This document shows positions 1 through 12,933 of a DNA stretch of 64,000 nucleotides, piece after piece (the stretch's first letter is position 1; each line of letters opens with the position of its first letter). The notes below the pieces were generated by a model, which was not told the origin of the DNA, did not search any database, and was given only the letters and a program-made list of their open reading frames with translations. This DNA comes from Halocafeteria seosinensis (lineage: Eukaryota), in NCBI GenBank assembly GCA_001687465.1, contig LVLI01000229.1:124001-188000 (forward strand), read 5' to 3'. Position numbers and translations under genes: made by a program.

Positions 1-427
1 GCTACAATTCCCGTTGCCGTTTGTTTAAGCGGTCTCCTTTACACAACAGTCAATATACAATGCGATACATATTGTTTGTCATAAGTGAGGGTATCCAGTT
101 GACTTAGGTGAGGACTCTTCTGGGGCTTCGCGGAACCTGAAGTCGGTCGCAACTTGCAAGATGCGACATATGCCGTTCACTGGCTCTTTCCGGCTTCAAC
201 TACCGGTAGATTGAATGCGCATTGCAGAGGTGAATTGGAAATAGTTAGTTGTAGTGGTTAGGCTAAAAATGGGGCCCTGGAAACAAACGATTGATTTGGA
301 ACTACGTTTCTGGAGTCTTTACCGCCGGTAGGGGTCCCAGACCACTGGCCCAGGGTTTCTGGTCCACCAGATTTTGTCTACACAAAACACCTTTGTGTTA
401 CATTTCGGCTATCCAGGGAGGCCTACA

Positions 428-1348
428 ATGAAGAAAATTGATGGTGGAGGTTCGCATGTTTTTTCAGTTTGTTACCGGCTAATGGCAGGGTTCTTGTTCT
501 GCATCGGGCTTTTGGAGATTCTGGGAGCTGCGGCTGCGGTTCCTCAGTCATTCGTTCTGGGACGGGACGGGTACGGGGCCTTGAGTGAAGGCGTCAATAC
601 ATGGTGGAGAGGATACAGGATTCGTGTCAACTATGAAATTACTGTCACAGGATTATACGCGAGTGCAGCCGGAGAAGAGGGGATTTCGATGGCTCTGTTC
701 AACGTTTCTGTTGACACGCTGACACTGTCGGAAGTTTTGGCCAGCGGGACTGTATCGTTAGAAGGGAGACACCAACTCGTAGCGTTTGACGAACCAGTTA
801 CTCTATTTGATAGAAGCATATACGCAATAGCTCAAGGTAGAGAGAGTGGAAATGAAGTTGTGAGTATCGATGTAGAGAAGCTTCTTCAGGACTTCCCTGC
901 TTTGGCATCTTGGGAGCCCAGAGATGGGGATGCTTCATTTGAAGTCGCAGGAACCTCCGCACCGCAAGATATTGTTGGATATTCGTTCAATTATTCGGAT
1001 AATCTGGTCATTCCGGACATCGGGATGTCCTATATCGACCCGAGATTCTGTCCTGGAAACAAAGTGTTCAATGGAAGCCAATGTATTTGTACAAAATCCC
1101 ATGAATTCGCTCCAACAGAGGAGTCGATATGCAGGTCATGTGGAAATGGGTCGATGCCTACGCTTCAACAAGATGCATGCATTAAGTGCCGTGCTGGCCA
1201 AGTATCGGGGCCGAATGAGTCCAACTGCTTTTCCTGTCCTCGGGGCCAGACGCCCAATGCTGAGCACAGCCACTGTGTCACCCGTATTCAACGCCCCACA
1301 AGAACCGTTGGAAGCGCACTCCACAAAGTGCATCATAGCAAACACTAA
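428..1348 (+). CDS. Family A paralog A1: secreted protein, LGRDGY N-terminal domain + 1 Cys-rich module + C-terminal QRPTRTV motif
   Basis: ORF 374..1348 (first ATG 428; ATG 482 possible). Hydrophobic leader LMAGFLFCIGLLEILGAAAA, then FVLGRDGY...WWRGYRI...YAIAQG...SWEP...DIGMSY shared with paralogs, then CxxC repeats (GCC2/GCC3 or ephrin-receptor-like style). Confidence 0.85.
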   Translation: MKKIDGGGSHVFSVCYRLMAGFLFCIGLLEILGAAAAVPQSFVLGRDGYGALSEGVNTWWRGYRIRVNYEITVTGLYASAAGEEGISMALFNVSVDTLTLSEVLASGTVSLEGRHQLVAFDEPVTLFDRSIYAIAQGRESGNEVVSIDVEKLLQDFPALASWEPRDGDASFEVAGTSAPQDIVGYSFNYSDNLVIPDIGMSYIDPRFCPGNKVFNGSQCICTKSHEFAPTEESICRSCGNGSMPTLQQDACIKCRAGQVSGPNESNCFSCPRGQTPNAEHSHCVTRIQRPTRTVGSALHKVHHSKH

Positions 1349-1552
1349 GATAAGATGTACTTTTCTTTTGTGTCAAAAATAAGGGAAGATGGTACAGTGT
1401 ACGTTCTACCACAGCGGTACTGTGGTAGTTGTACTGTGATTGGAGTTGGTCTGTCTACACAATGCCTACCATAAATCATTACTAAACGAGTAAACGATGG
1501 GTAAAGTAAATTAAAACTGAGAGATGGACCTCTGTGACCTGTCCCTTACTGC

Positions 1553-1726
1553 CTTCGAATTCTCTGTGAGTTCGAGGAATACTGTAGTGCCGGAACGCTC
1601 AGAATGTTTCGTGAGTACTACCGGTAGGGATTAAAATACTATAGTGGGAGAGGGGGCCCTCAAAATTCTCTGTGAATACTAGGAATTTTAATACTGTAGA
1701 AGAGGCCCTCCGAATTCTCTGTAAGT
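1553..1726. repeat. Short degenerate direct repeats (3x AATTCTCTGT, interleaved with AATACT(G/A)TAG)
   Basis: AATTCTCTGT at 1558, 1664 and 1713, interleaved with AATACTRTAG copies, in the A1-A2 spacer. Confidence 0.5.
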
Positions 1727-2097
1727 GCAAGAAATTGAAATACTTGGGCGTCAGTTCGATTTGGAACCACTGGACCACTGGTGAATGTGCAGGAAATGTT
1801 TCATACAATGCCAACCATGCTGATGAACAGTAAATCCTTTTTTCGTATGCTATTTTAAAATAGAGCGCTAATGAATGGCATACTTTTCCGATTTCGTTGC
1901 CCAATATATGTTCTTGAACTTGTCCAGTGATGTTCAGGCGAAACGTCGGACTTAGATCCTGAGATCCCGACTCGTACCACATACACATTCCATGCAGTTC
2001 ACAAACTATAGAGCACGATAGTGCACTGTATTGTTCCCATGGAAAATAGGACTACCCTAAGTCATAATGTTTCACCAATAGGGAAAGTTCAAAGGAA

Positions 2098-3276
2098 ATG
2101 GTCATTGCATCATCGTACTGGGAAACTGGAGGTAATACATGTATACCGACGGGAGCGTGGTGCCAGTACCGTAGGCACGGTACCCTTCTACGGGCTTTGG
2201 TGATATTGTGGTGGGTTCTGCAAGCGCATCTGTACAAGGCAGCAGCTACAAATCAGATCCGAGAGTTTCTTTTAGGGCGAGATGGCTACGCAGACCTTGC
2301 TGGTGGAAACAAGGTTTGGTGGGTGGGGTATCGGCTAGAAGTAAACCACAGCATTGCTGTGTTGGGCATGTACGGCAGTCCAAAGAATGATATTGGAGTA
2401 TCGTTGGGTATATTCAAAGTATCCAACAGCACGTCGCAAATAGAACAGGTACTTGCGGAGGGAGTTGCCGGTTCTGGAGGCAGGAATCAGCTAGTCAATT
2501 TCCAACCGTCGGTGTTTTTGGTACCAAACGAGACATATATAATCGCGCAGGGCAGAGGAGAGGAAGATGGCACTGGTCTATTAGTGCGAGAGATAGATGT
2601 TCAAAAATTACTCAATGAGCATGAAGCAATAGCGTCATGGGAACCAAAGGATGGGAGTGCATTCCTGCTACGAGAGTCGTCGTCGAAAACGCCACCTGCT
2701 GACCTTATAGGAGAGCTTGTATCGGGTACTTATTCCCAACAGCCCGATCTGGGCTTGCGTTATTTAGAATGCCTGTCTCCAGATAAGGAGCTAAGTACCA
2801 ACGGAACTCGCTGTATTTGCAGTCGTGACTACGAATACGCTGCTTTGGCAGACAACCCATGTCAGTCATGCAGCAACGGCTCTGTACCGAACGCGAATCA
2901 GACGGAATGTGTCGAATGCTCTCCGAATCAGGTGTCTGGAAGTACTGAGGCTTCTTGTCGAGCATGTCCAGGTGATAAAGTCCCCCATTCAACTAGAGCA
3001 TATTGCGTTTGTCGTCGGGATTACGAAGTCGCTCCATTCGAAGACTCAGAATGCCGTTCTTGCGGAAACGGCTCTGTTCCTACATCACAACAAGATGCAT
3101 GCGTTACATGCCCTCCTGGCCAAGTTTCGGGGCCTAATGGTTCCCATTGTTCTTCCTGTGCATGGGGTCTTAAGCCTGATGCGGAACATAGCCGATGTGT
3201 TGTTCGCATCCAGTACCCTCGGCGAACTGTAGCCAGCATTTTCAACAAGTTACAAGGTAAAAACGCAAAAGGGTAG
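2098..3276 (+). CDS. Family A paralog A2: LGRDGY domain + 2 Cys-rich modules + C-terminal QYPRRTV motif
   Basis: Intact 392-aa ORF. Leader TLLRALVILWWVLQAHL, FLLGRDGY, YIIAQGRG, SWEP, DLGLRY, two YE(Y/V)A...CGNGSVP modules. Confidence 0.88.
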   Translation: MVIASSYWETGGNTCIPTGAWCQYRRHGTLLRALVILWWVLQAHLYKAAATNQIREFLLGRDGYADLAGGNKVWWVGYRLEVNHSIAVLGMYGSPKNDIGVSLGIFKVSNSTSQIEQVLAEGVAGSGGRNQLVNFQPSVFLVPNETYIIAQGRGEEDGTGLLVREIDVQKLLNEHEAIASWEPKDGSAFLLRESSSKTPPADLIGELVSGTYSQQPDLGLRYLECLSPDKELSTNGTRCICSRDYEYAALADNPCQSCSNGSVPNANQTECVECSPNQVSGSTEASCRACPGDKVPHSTRAYCVCRRDYEVAPFEDSECRSCGNGSVPTSQQDACVTCPPGQVSGPNGSHCSSCAWGLKPDAEHSRCVVRIQYPRRTVASIFNKLQGKNAKG

Positions 3277-4355
3277 GCGCTTGAATCGAAGGCTTAAAAC
3301 TAGCCAGTTTGTGACGGAGTCGTATAACGCTTGACCAGTAAAGTCCTAAAAACCTTTCAGTAGACAGTAAAATCTGCAGGGGACTTCGGGAGAAGACTGG
3401 ACACACGTGTAGCCTGTTGACACTGGGATAAATCGATATCGTTCTACAGAACATTCAGCAGCACGAGTGTTGACTTCATAGGCAATAGCCGTATTAGCCG
3501 TTGTCACATTGCACAGACCGTTTGTCATACATACAGTAGGAATCTTCCCGACTTATGCTGATAGCAAAACAACGTGCATGAGCCATAGAAGCAAGATATG
3601 GGTTTGCTACAGCGTGTCGGAAAACCTATCGCTCACACTGTAGTCGATGAATCCCCAGAATCCCGTCGTATATCGTGAATTCAACCTGGAGTCTTGACTG
3701 CACACTGCGACTGTACTACACACGCAGCTGACGGTACATGGTAGAATGATAATGTCATATCGGACGTGCAGAAGCGGAAAGAAATTACAAACAGCACTAT
3801 TAACTACATTCACCATTTTTTTTTTATCATATTTATCGGCTATAAGGGTCTTCATGATACCATGCTGGGCTCTAGCACAGCAGCGTCCACACCGGGTTCT
3901 GGCTGAGACAAAAAGGACGATGGCACAGTCGCCACTGCGTTATTCCATGTAGTGAGTTGGCGTAGTGTCGCCGGTGATAAGATTTTGAGCAGCTTCTAAA
4001 ATGTCCAGTCCCCATAAACCCATTGCTGTACTGTGGTATCCTGCTTCCTCTATGGTGAAGCTTCAACAACCGGGGGAGCGGAAGATCTGTACTGTACACA
4101 ATACGACACAGGAACATTCACTTTCGACCATGACATTGATGTTGACCTTGTACAACTACACTGTACAACATGTCTTTGTAAATCATAGCTTGTATGAGTG
4201 GGTTTTGCATGTATCATTACTGCAGCGAGTGACTGGATACACTGTATGCAGTTCAACTCACCTGTTCTCCACGCTGTTCTCCATATACACATTGCGTGGC
4301 CGTCGGTCTCCGTAGTGCACATGGAGAAACGACGTTCACGTCCCGAGGAAGATAT

Positions 4356-6973
4356 ATGAATCGTCATCGCACTGTCTCATCATCTATCTCGGCCTTGTGG
4401 GTCTGGTTGATAGTGGTGTGGTGGGCTCTCCAAGTGAACCAACATCATCAGGGTTTGGCCTTGGCTGAGACACAGACGCGTGGGTTTGTGTTGGGACGAG
4501 ATGGGTATGCAGCCAATAGTTCCGACAACAACATGTGGTGGAGCGGATACCGTATACAAGTTAGCTATCGGATTGCCGTGACGGGCATGTATGCCGGCGC
4601 CAGCAGTGTGGGTGTTAACGACGGAATATCGGTGGGGCTGCTCAAGGTGTCCCCCAGCACGCTCAAGATCAACGAGGTGCTTGCGTATGGAACTGTGCAT
4701 TCTAACGGCAGGAATCAGCTCGTCGAGTTTGAAGATTCAGTTATGTTGGAACCCAATGAAGTGTATGCCATCGCACAGGGCAGAGGAGAGGAAGGTGGTT
4801 TTGGTCTACTGGTGGAAGAGATCGACGTCTCGAAACTACTCAATGAGCATCAAGCACTCGAGTCGTGGGAGCCAAGTAATGGACGTGCATTTTTGGTACT
4901 GGATGACCGAGTAAGCACTTCTTCAGATCTGATTGGCCAGGACATGTCAAGCAGTGCATTGGACTTGAATCATGACATTGGCTTGCGGTATGTGGAATGT
5001 ACTTCAAATAAAGAATTCAACAGTAATGGCACTGCATGTGTTTGTCGTGCGAAGCACGAGTACGCTGCTTCGGAATCGGATTCATGCCAGTCGTGCGGGA
5101 AAGGGTCAGTACCTAATGAAGATCAAACTAGCTGTAACGATTGCGCTGAGACGGAAGTGTCGAGGGATACTGAAGCAACGTGTCGACCGTGCTCCAGTGA
5201 TAAGCAGCCGAATTTAGAGCAAGCCCTTTGTGTTTGCAAAAGACAGTATGAGTACGCGTCATCCGAATCCGAATCTTGTAAATCCTGTGGGAATGGCTCA
5301 GTACCTAATGAGGATCAAACTAGCTGTAACGATTGCCCTGAGATGGAAGTGTCGAGGGATACTGAAGCAACGTGTCGACGGTGTTCCAGTGATAAGCAGC
5401 CGAATTCAAATCAATCGGAATGCCGATGCTGGAGGAAGTACGAGTATGCTGCATTGGAAGCTGATGTATGTCGACCGTGCGGTAATGGCAGTGTCCCGGA
5501 TGAGTTCCAACGAGTCTGTATTTTCTGTTTGCCGCACGAGGTTGCCTCGAATGAATCTGAGAGTTGTCGAACTTGTCGCATTGGATATGTTCCAAACGCA
5601 TCTCAAAGTGGATGCCAGCGTTGCTCTCCGCACGCAATTGCGGGGGTGAATGCGACAACCTGCGTACCTTGTGGAAGAGGCCGTATCCCAGTTTCCGATC
5701 AAAGCCGTTGCAAAGAGTGCAACTTCAGCTCCGTTGCAGATGAAGAGGACATCCAATGTATGCCTTGTCCAAATTGGAAACTGCCAGATAGCACAAGGGG
5801 GTATTGTGAGGAACGGAAACAGATGGTGTCCGCTGAGTTATCATCTGGTTTTTCTGCTAATGCGTTACAGTTCCTTAGTGTCATGAGTGGCAAATTACGT
5901 ATACGGGAGCATGGGGGAGCAGAAAGCATTTATTTGTTCTCTGCAACCGGCATCGAAACTCCAATTACAAATACTAAATCCAAATGGTATACTGCTGGTG
6001 GAGAGTTGCCTTCGTCATTTTCCATGGTTAGTCAGCACGTGAATGGAAAACAGCTCCAGCTTCTGAGCCGATATCCTTCCGCGTTAGCTTGCACGGCAGT
6101 ACCACATCCTAGTGGGAGGAAGGACACGATGCTATGGACTAATTCAATCGGTAACGGGAGGCACAGAGACCTCTTGCTATACGGTGGTTGGTATATTTCG
6201 TTGAGAGGTGTTCTTTCGTATCTTGACGATATGTGGCTTTGGGAGGGTAAAACTCGGCAATGGAGTAAGGTACCCCATACAGGTCCGAAACCGAGGCGGG
6301 TGTCAGCTACTTTATGGACTTGCGCCAATGGAGGAAATTTAGTGCATTATCTGTTGGAGGAGTCACAAAGTCAGGAGAAATCCTCAATGATTTGTGGGCC
6401 GTTTCGCTCAATGCTACCGGTGCCATTTGGCAACGTGTAGAAACCAGCACAGATCCGAAGGCCCGCTACAATGCTGAAATTTGGAAGCACGAGAAGTGTG
6501 GTACTCCGGGTGGGGACTGCGACGAGCATGTGTACTTGTTCGGCGGTATGACCACGGGGTATTCTGCAAGCGGAACTGAGTATCGTGTGTACCTCGAGGA
6601 TCTGTGGCGTTTTGACTGCCAATTTCAGACTTGGAAAGAAGTAGACACTCCGCTCAGGTCAAGAAGCAAGGTAGGATCAGACGACACGCAACTAACCTCT
6701 GCGCCTACAGTATCAGAGGCATACGTGTTGAAGCATGCCGAAGAAGGTGGGATATGGCGATTTACGTTTTCCTCCGAAACATGGACCCGTTTAATGGCAG
6801 ACGGCATATGGGCAAATTTAGGTCACATTTTCTCGGAAAGGAATACCTTATTCTCAGCGACGTCAAGTGTTGAGCACACTCAGATTGGCCTAACCTTTCT
6901 GAAACCGAATGGATCAGTCATAGAGATGACTCTGCGGGCCACGCCTACCGTTAGCTTGCTTTCGGAAAGGTGA
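4356..6973 (+). CDS. Family A paralog A3: LGRDGY domain + Cys-rich modules + C-terminal Kelch-like repeats (one frameshift at ~6355)
   Basis: ORF 4296..6440 (ATG 4356) joins ORF 6314..6973 if one T is restored in CTGTTGGAGGA (6351-6361), giving VHYLFGGVTK. Kelch-type motifs: LLLYGG..LDDMWLW, GG..ILNDLW, VYLFGG..LEDLWRFD. Possible 45-bp in-frame intron 5826..5870. Confidence 0.75.
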
Positions 6974-8188
6974 ACTTGGTATGCATGACACCGCGCTAAC
7001 GCGATTCTCGTATAGTGTTAGTTGAAACACTAGTGCTGCGTCTTGAACCTTGGTGTCTCGTAATTCTCGCGTGTTGCCCTTCGTAAACATTTGTTTCAAC
7101 GAAGATTTCTGCGTGCTTCAACGCATTGACTTAAGCTACTACCGTCAGCAGAGAGTTCAACAGCGTCAAAACTGGTTGTATATGCAAAAAAGATGGATCA
7201 GTACGCACTGTCCGAGACAGGTGAGCCGAACCGAGAGTTGAAATTATAGTCGCTGACGTCTGTTATTCCACATTTCCAAAGTGCTCCGATGATCAGTATC
7301 CAGGTTCCGAGAAATGCTTTGCGTCTTCCAGAAAAGAATATGAGCGTGTATCGTTCGAGACTCATTCTTGTAACACTTGGTTTGATGCCCAGCTCTAGGG
7401 AACCTACTGCATTCATTGCTTCCAGAATGAAGTGTTGGGATTTGACTCCAACTGTCGGTAGTTCCCTGAAGATAAGCAGCCGAATGCTCTGTTTGCCGGA
7501 ATAGGAAGATGAACATGGATGAGAGTGACAACCCTGCCTGGAAGCATCAGTACCCAATATCAACCGAACAGACAGTGTCAAGAGCCTTGACCAATGGCCA
7601 CCGTTCGGTACATGCAACGTGGTGTTCGGCCCAGATCATGTCAATCATGACTGAGATGTAAAGATACGGAAACCTGAACTATCGTTCCAAGGCTGTGAAA
7701 ACCCTCTCTTCAAGAAAATCTGCTTCCTTTTTGTGACTGCATTTTCCGTCATGCTTGGCACAGATGGATGTCCAAGGTAGCAACAAGTTGCTCACAACTG
7801 CGGAGACTGCCTAGAATGCTGGCTGGGAAAGTTACTACATGGTAGATTCCAAGCAATTAATAGAAAACTGTACCAGTAAAGAAAACCAACTCTTACGTAT
7901 GCCCATCAACATATACACATATGGTCTGCCTGTCATGCTGCATTCGACGATTCCTGGTCCACTAAAAATTCTGGGACGGGCTCGCAAGTTGAACCTTGCT
8001 AAGAAATTCACTGACAATCAACACAGTGTCAACACTACATTCATTCCGGATAATTTTGAAAATCCATGGCGAATCGCAGTAGATGTCATTTTCTGAATCG
8101 TCTCCACCGCCCCGGAACTGCAACTCCCGAAAGTTTGCCACCGTGGCCTGGCCACGCAACCCAGTGGACGTTTATTTGACGCAGGAGG

Positions 8189-10385
8189 ATGTCCACAGGC
8201 GCCTCTCATGGAACTCATTTCGCATTTCATTGCTTTTGGTGGATCTCCTGTCTGAGGGTTACAATCGTGTTGTGTACTCTAGTGGTTGGCCAGCGGCAAG
8301 TAGCCTTCGCTGAGACCAACGGCAGCGAAGTTGAGTTCATCTTGGGAAGAGACGGCTACGCGGAAATTAACGATGCCAACAATTTTTACTGGAGGGGATA
8401 TCAAATACGCGTGCGATATCGCACGAGATTGACTGGCATATACGCGAGCAAAGCGGTTGGCGCGGGACAATCAGCACAGATCGCTGTGGCTTTGTTTAGA
8501 GTTCAGGAGAACAATGGCATAATTGATGAGGAGCTACAGTGGAAGCGTTTCCGCTGAAGGAAGGAACGTATTGGTAGAACCGGAAGAATCTGTCAATTTG
8601 GTACCCGGTGAAGTGTATGTAATTGCACAAGGTGGTGGGACATATAACGGAGTTGGACTACTTATTGAAAATCTCCAAGTGCTCAAGCTCCTCACGGATC
8701 ACCCGGCGCTCGAGTCTTGGGAGCCAAATGGAGGATGTGCATTTTTGCTACTAAACGGTATGGGACAAACTTCAGACATCCTTGGCCAAACGGTGTCCAT
8801 AGCGAAGTGCGATTTCCTTTACGACATTGGTCTTCGGTATCACGTGGCATGTCTTGCGCCTCAAGAACTGAACAGTGAACATACTCGATGCATTTGCAAT
8901 TCGCCTTCAATAGGGGGTGATTGTCAGCTATGCGGAAGTGGGTTCATCCCTAATGAAGGGAAGGATAGCTGTAGCCAATGCTCGCCGAATGAGATTTCCG
9001 GATTGAACGACACCGAATGCCATCCCTGCATTGGCTCAATTCCAAACGGAGTCCAAGATGGGTGCCTCGAATGTCCTCCAAATATGGTTTCGGCAGTAGA
9101 TGACAGCAGCTGCCGAACATGTCCGGTAGGGAAAGAACCCAATCCCGGAAAAACTCGCTGTATATGCATGCAAAGCTATCAATTCGCCATGACGGAGAAT
9201 GAGACTTGAGCTTCGTGTGGTAACGGGTCGGTTCCTAACGGGGAGCAAACTAGTTGTAATGTTTGCCCTGCAACTGAAGTAGCTGGAATCTACGATACGG
9301 ATTGTCGGCTTTGCTCAGATGACAAAATACCCGCATTCAATAATAGTCAATGCAAATGCAAGGCTAAGTTTGAATTTGCGCACTTGGAGGATCTTCCCTG
9401 TCGATCATGCGGTAGTGGGTCTATTCCAAACCGGGATCAGACTGATTGTCTTGAATGTTCGCCAATCGGAGTGTCGAGCATAAATGACACAGAGTGCCGG
9501 ACATGTCCCGTCGATAAAGCTCCCGATTCTGCGAAAAGTCGGTGTGTGTGTAAGGAAGGCTATCAGTATGCGCATTCGGAAAATGTTGAATGTCGCTCGT
9601 GCGGCAGTGGCTTCATTCCCAACGAAGCTCGAAATGCATGCGTTGAGTGTCCTTCGTATCAAGTATCTGCAACCAATGAGAGTGACTGCCGAAGCTGCCC
9701 CTCAGATAAAATTCCTGCGTCCGATAGAAGTCGCTGTATTTGTAAGAGAAGCTATGAGTATGCGCCTTTGGAAACCATCACTTGCAAACCGTGTGACGAT
9801 GGTTCAATCCCAACTGACAGGGGCCTTGGGTGTACTCCCTGCCCGCTAAATCAAGTATCAGAATTTTTTGCCACTACATGCAGAGGATGTCCTGATGATA
9901 AGAAGCCAAATCTAAACCGCAGTTCATGTATCTGCATCAATGCAAGGGAGTACGCTCCCCACGAGCTCGCAGAGTGCCAAACTTGTGGTAACGGTTCTGT
10001 TGTCAATGAGGCCCAAAAGGGTTGCATTGGTTGTCTACCCAATGAGGTGGCACGAAATGGTGAACTGCTGTGCAAAAAGTGTCCTGAAGATAAAATTCCG
10101 AATTCGGAGAAGACGCACTGCCTTTGCCGCAAACCCTATGAATACGCCCCGACTGAGACAGCGAGTTGTCAATCTTGTGGAAGCGGAGCGGTCCCTACTG
10201 CTCTTCAGAGCAAATGCTCGCCATGCATGTCGAACGAAATATCCAAAGTGAATTCACCAGAGTGCCGACCTTGTTCAAAAGGCAGGAAACCTACTCCCAG
10301 TCAAAACGAGTGTATTCTTCGCGTCCAAAGCCCCAGAAGAACGATAAAGCAGACATTTAGTGAAACTGAACCACCAGCCTCCTGA
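8189..10385 (+). pseudogene. Family A paralog A4, disrupted (frameshift ~8536, in-frame TGA 9207-9209); about 6-7 Cys-rich modules, ends in QSPRRTI motif
   Basis: ORFs 8189..8557, 8523..9209 and 9384..10385 carry consecutive parts of the family A architecture. The last two are in the same frame, separated only by a TGA at a conserved Cys position. Confidence 0.75.
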
Positions 10386-10396
10386 ACTATAGAGAC

Positions 10397-10613
10397 AACT
10401 CCATCGGGAGAGTTACAGACGTCGTGCCAACCAACGTCCCCACCAACAAGTGTCCAACGCGGTGTATGGTTGTTTGGAATCGATAGAGGTTCCAGGATAG
10501 AACTCCATGGGGAGAGTTACAGACGTCGTGCCAACCAACGTCACCACTGACTGTCCAACGCTGAGGAAAGTACTTGAGGTGTATATTTGTTTGGAATTGA
10601 TACAGGTTCCAGG
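10397..10613. repeat. Imperfect ~105-115 bp tandem duplication downstream of A4
   Basis: AACTCCAT(C/G)GGGAGAGTTACAGACGTCGTGCCAACCAACGTC...TGTTTGGAAT..GGTTCCAGGA occurs twice; a single copy occurs at ~23325-23450. Confidence 0.8.
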
Positions 10614-10619
10614 ACATCA

Positions 10620-11810
10620 TACGATGTATTCAACCTTCGTAAGAACATTTCGATCGATCGCCTCAAACCTGTATGGTTCGGGAGAGGTATCGAAGTTGAT
10701 GACCTTCATTGAGTTGCTGAGCATTTTCATTTCGTTTTTGTAACGGTTTCCAGCGAATATGGCTCGTCTCAGGAGAAGAAGCATGAGATTTTTGAGCCTT
10801 CCGCCTGAATTTGGCCAATCTCTTCGTATGGGGCGTTTGAGGCGATCGAGAACCAGGAGACGGCATGGCCAGCGGGTGCTTCGATGAGGAATTGTGTCGG
10901 GAATAGCCTCCCTTGGGACGCATTTTGACTAGCTTAGTAGGCTTCGGTAAATTTTCGCCCTTGCTCCCTTTCCACCCTGACACAGGAGGAGAACGAAGTA
11001 AAATCACCTTTGTATTTTCTCTGTGACTGTACTGTATCCTCGTTCTCCGATACGCAGCCTGTAAACGAAACGATAAATCGTCCGTGCCACACTGTTAGAG
11101 TTTCCTCAGCACCAAACACTGCAAACTACTGATAAGTTTTTCCGTGTAGACAGTGGAAGCAATGAGATGATGTTATTGCGTGCGCCAAACCTCTGGAAAC
11201 CAACCCCACTGGAACCGGAAGTGGCGGAAGCGCTCGCGCTGAGGGGGAACAAGATGAAAGTGTCTTGCCCGGTGCTCACCAGCAGTACGACTATTCTTCG
11301 TTCTCAAACATATCTCCGTTGAAAATCGGATAGTTTGAAGTTCCAGCTAGGGGTAGATGACTGATACTCGGGCTTTGCTCCCGATGGTTCACTATTATGC
11401 TCCATTGTTTGGGGCTCATTCAACTTCATGGCATTGCCGGTAGGTAGGGTCAAATCTTCAGAACGGTATGCGTATTGCTGGAGTACCTCTGGTTCAGCCA
11501 GGGATGTACTTTGCTCAGACGGTGTGCTTGTTTCTACATGCTCCATTCTGGGGAAATTGTCATCTGCATCGCTCGTTCCAATTGTCCGAATGTTGTTGAG
11601 TGAGTTATCACCAACACCTCCTTTAGTAGGGTCAGGGCTCGAAGCATATTCAGTATTAGCCACAAGTGGCCCACAACTTCCCGAGTTTCTCCCAAGGTTC
11701 GTTCGTGAGCAACGCTCGATCCCAACCACTCCTTTATCTCGCTCGATGAGAAAAATACCTAATCTGTCGCAGGAATTCAACATTTATTTGACACCATGTC
11801 AACACTGGTA
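10620..11810 (-). pseudogene. Decayed, rearranged copy of the last exon of the low-complexity gene at 23472..26203
   Basis: Peptides such as PLAMPSPGSRSPQTPH and DADDNFPRMEH match the 23472..25091 ORF. The copy has frameshifts, deletions and an internal inversion (~11054-11330). Confidence 0.8.
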
Positions 11811-12933
11811 CTACTACGACCCGGACCGAGTTTCTGGATGTCAAGGGTCGATACATGTCGACGGTACTCGGACGATAAGAAATAGGTTCGGACAAAACGC
11901 GCTGCATTTGTTCGAGGCTCTACATGTTTGCTGCTACCGAAGACAAAGCGTGTCAATCCTGCGAAGAGTGGTGGATACCGAACGAGCAACCAAATAGTTG
12001 CATCCGATGAAATCTCTCCGGTCGCTGAAACCATGTGTCTGCCGAAAAGCGTGCAGGGTAGGTCACTGTGTCCTCAGCTCAGACGATGAGAAGGAGTGTC
12101 AGTTGAACAACCCAGGTATGAAAAACCTTAGAATGATGCGTTTGTAACTACCGGTATCTCCAGAACAACCAGGAACCTTGATGTTCCCGTTCCAATGCTC
12201 AGTGTGTTTTTGTTCGATGTAATAGTTGATCAAACATCCAGCGCCGGCGCGTGCATTCAGTAGTGTCTACTTAATCTTGTGCCAGCACCCATCGCGTTAT
12301 TAATATGATTGTATCTGGTCGCAAAGGTTACACTGGTAGCACTACAGTACACAGTGACCACAAAAGGATGAAGAACGACACTTGTGGACCTGTGACTTCT
12401 CTTGTATTCTAGTCGAGCATGAGGCAATGTATCCTTAAACAACAAGTATAGTGGAATACAGTAGTCGTGATAGAATAACTGTATAACTCCCTGTGAGTAT
12501 CAGCTGTCTCTGGTTCCACCCATAACCCTCGTGACGATATTGAGCACAGCAATCTCGAGTCCGACTCTTTCAGGGATCCTTCAACTGTTTATCCAAGACA
12601 CCATCACGAAAAGATAAAGATATCTTCCGTCCTATACCATGGTCCATGGCTCCCAGTTGCTGAGGCTTCAACAACAACCGGGGAGCGGAGAATCTCCGCC
12701 GGAGATCCACAACTGGGAACATTCATTTCCGACCATGACGTTGATGTTGACCTTATACTGCACTGTAAACGTGTCGTTGCAAATCATAGCTTGTATGGGT
12801 TTTTCATGTATCATTACTGCAGCGTTTGACTGGATATGCAGCTCAACTCACTTTCTTCACTCTGTTCTCCATAATAACACCGCGTGTCCCCCGGGCTCCG
12901 TGTTGCACGACCCTCACGTCCCCGGAAAGATAT

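Noticed and set aside
7000..8100. Several 60-140 aa ORFs between A3 and A4
   Set aside because: No recognisable domain or consistent splice model; may be decayed coding sequence but cannot be supported.
10386..10550. Readthrough of the A4 terminal TGA into a Thr/Pro-rich frame
   Set aside because: The stop is conserved in the duplicate at 23309-23311 and the downstream frame lies in a degenerate repeat.
10397..10613. Repeats with intervening sequence resembling a CRISPR array
   Set aside because: Only two long imperfect units, no unique spacers, no cas genes, eukaryotic context.
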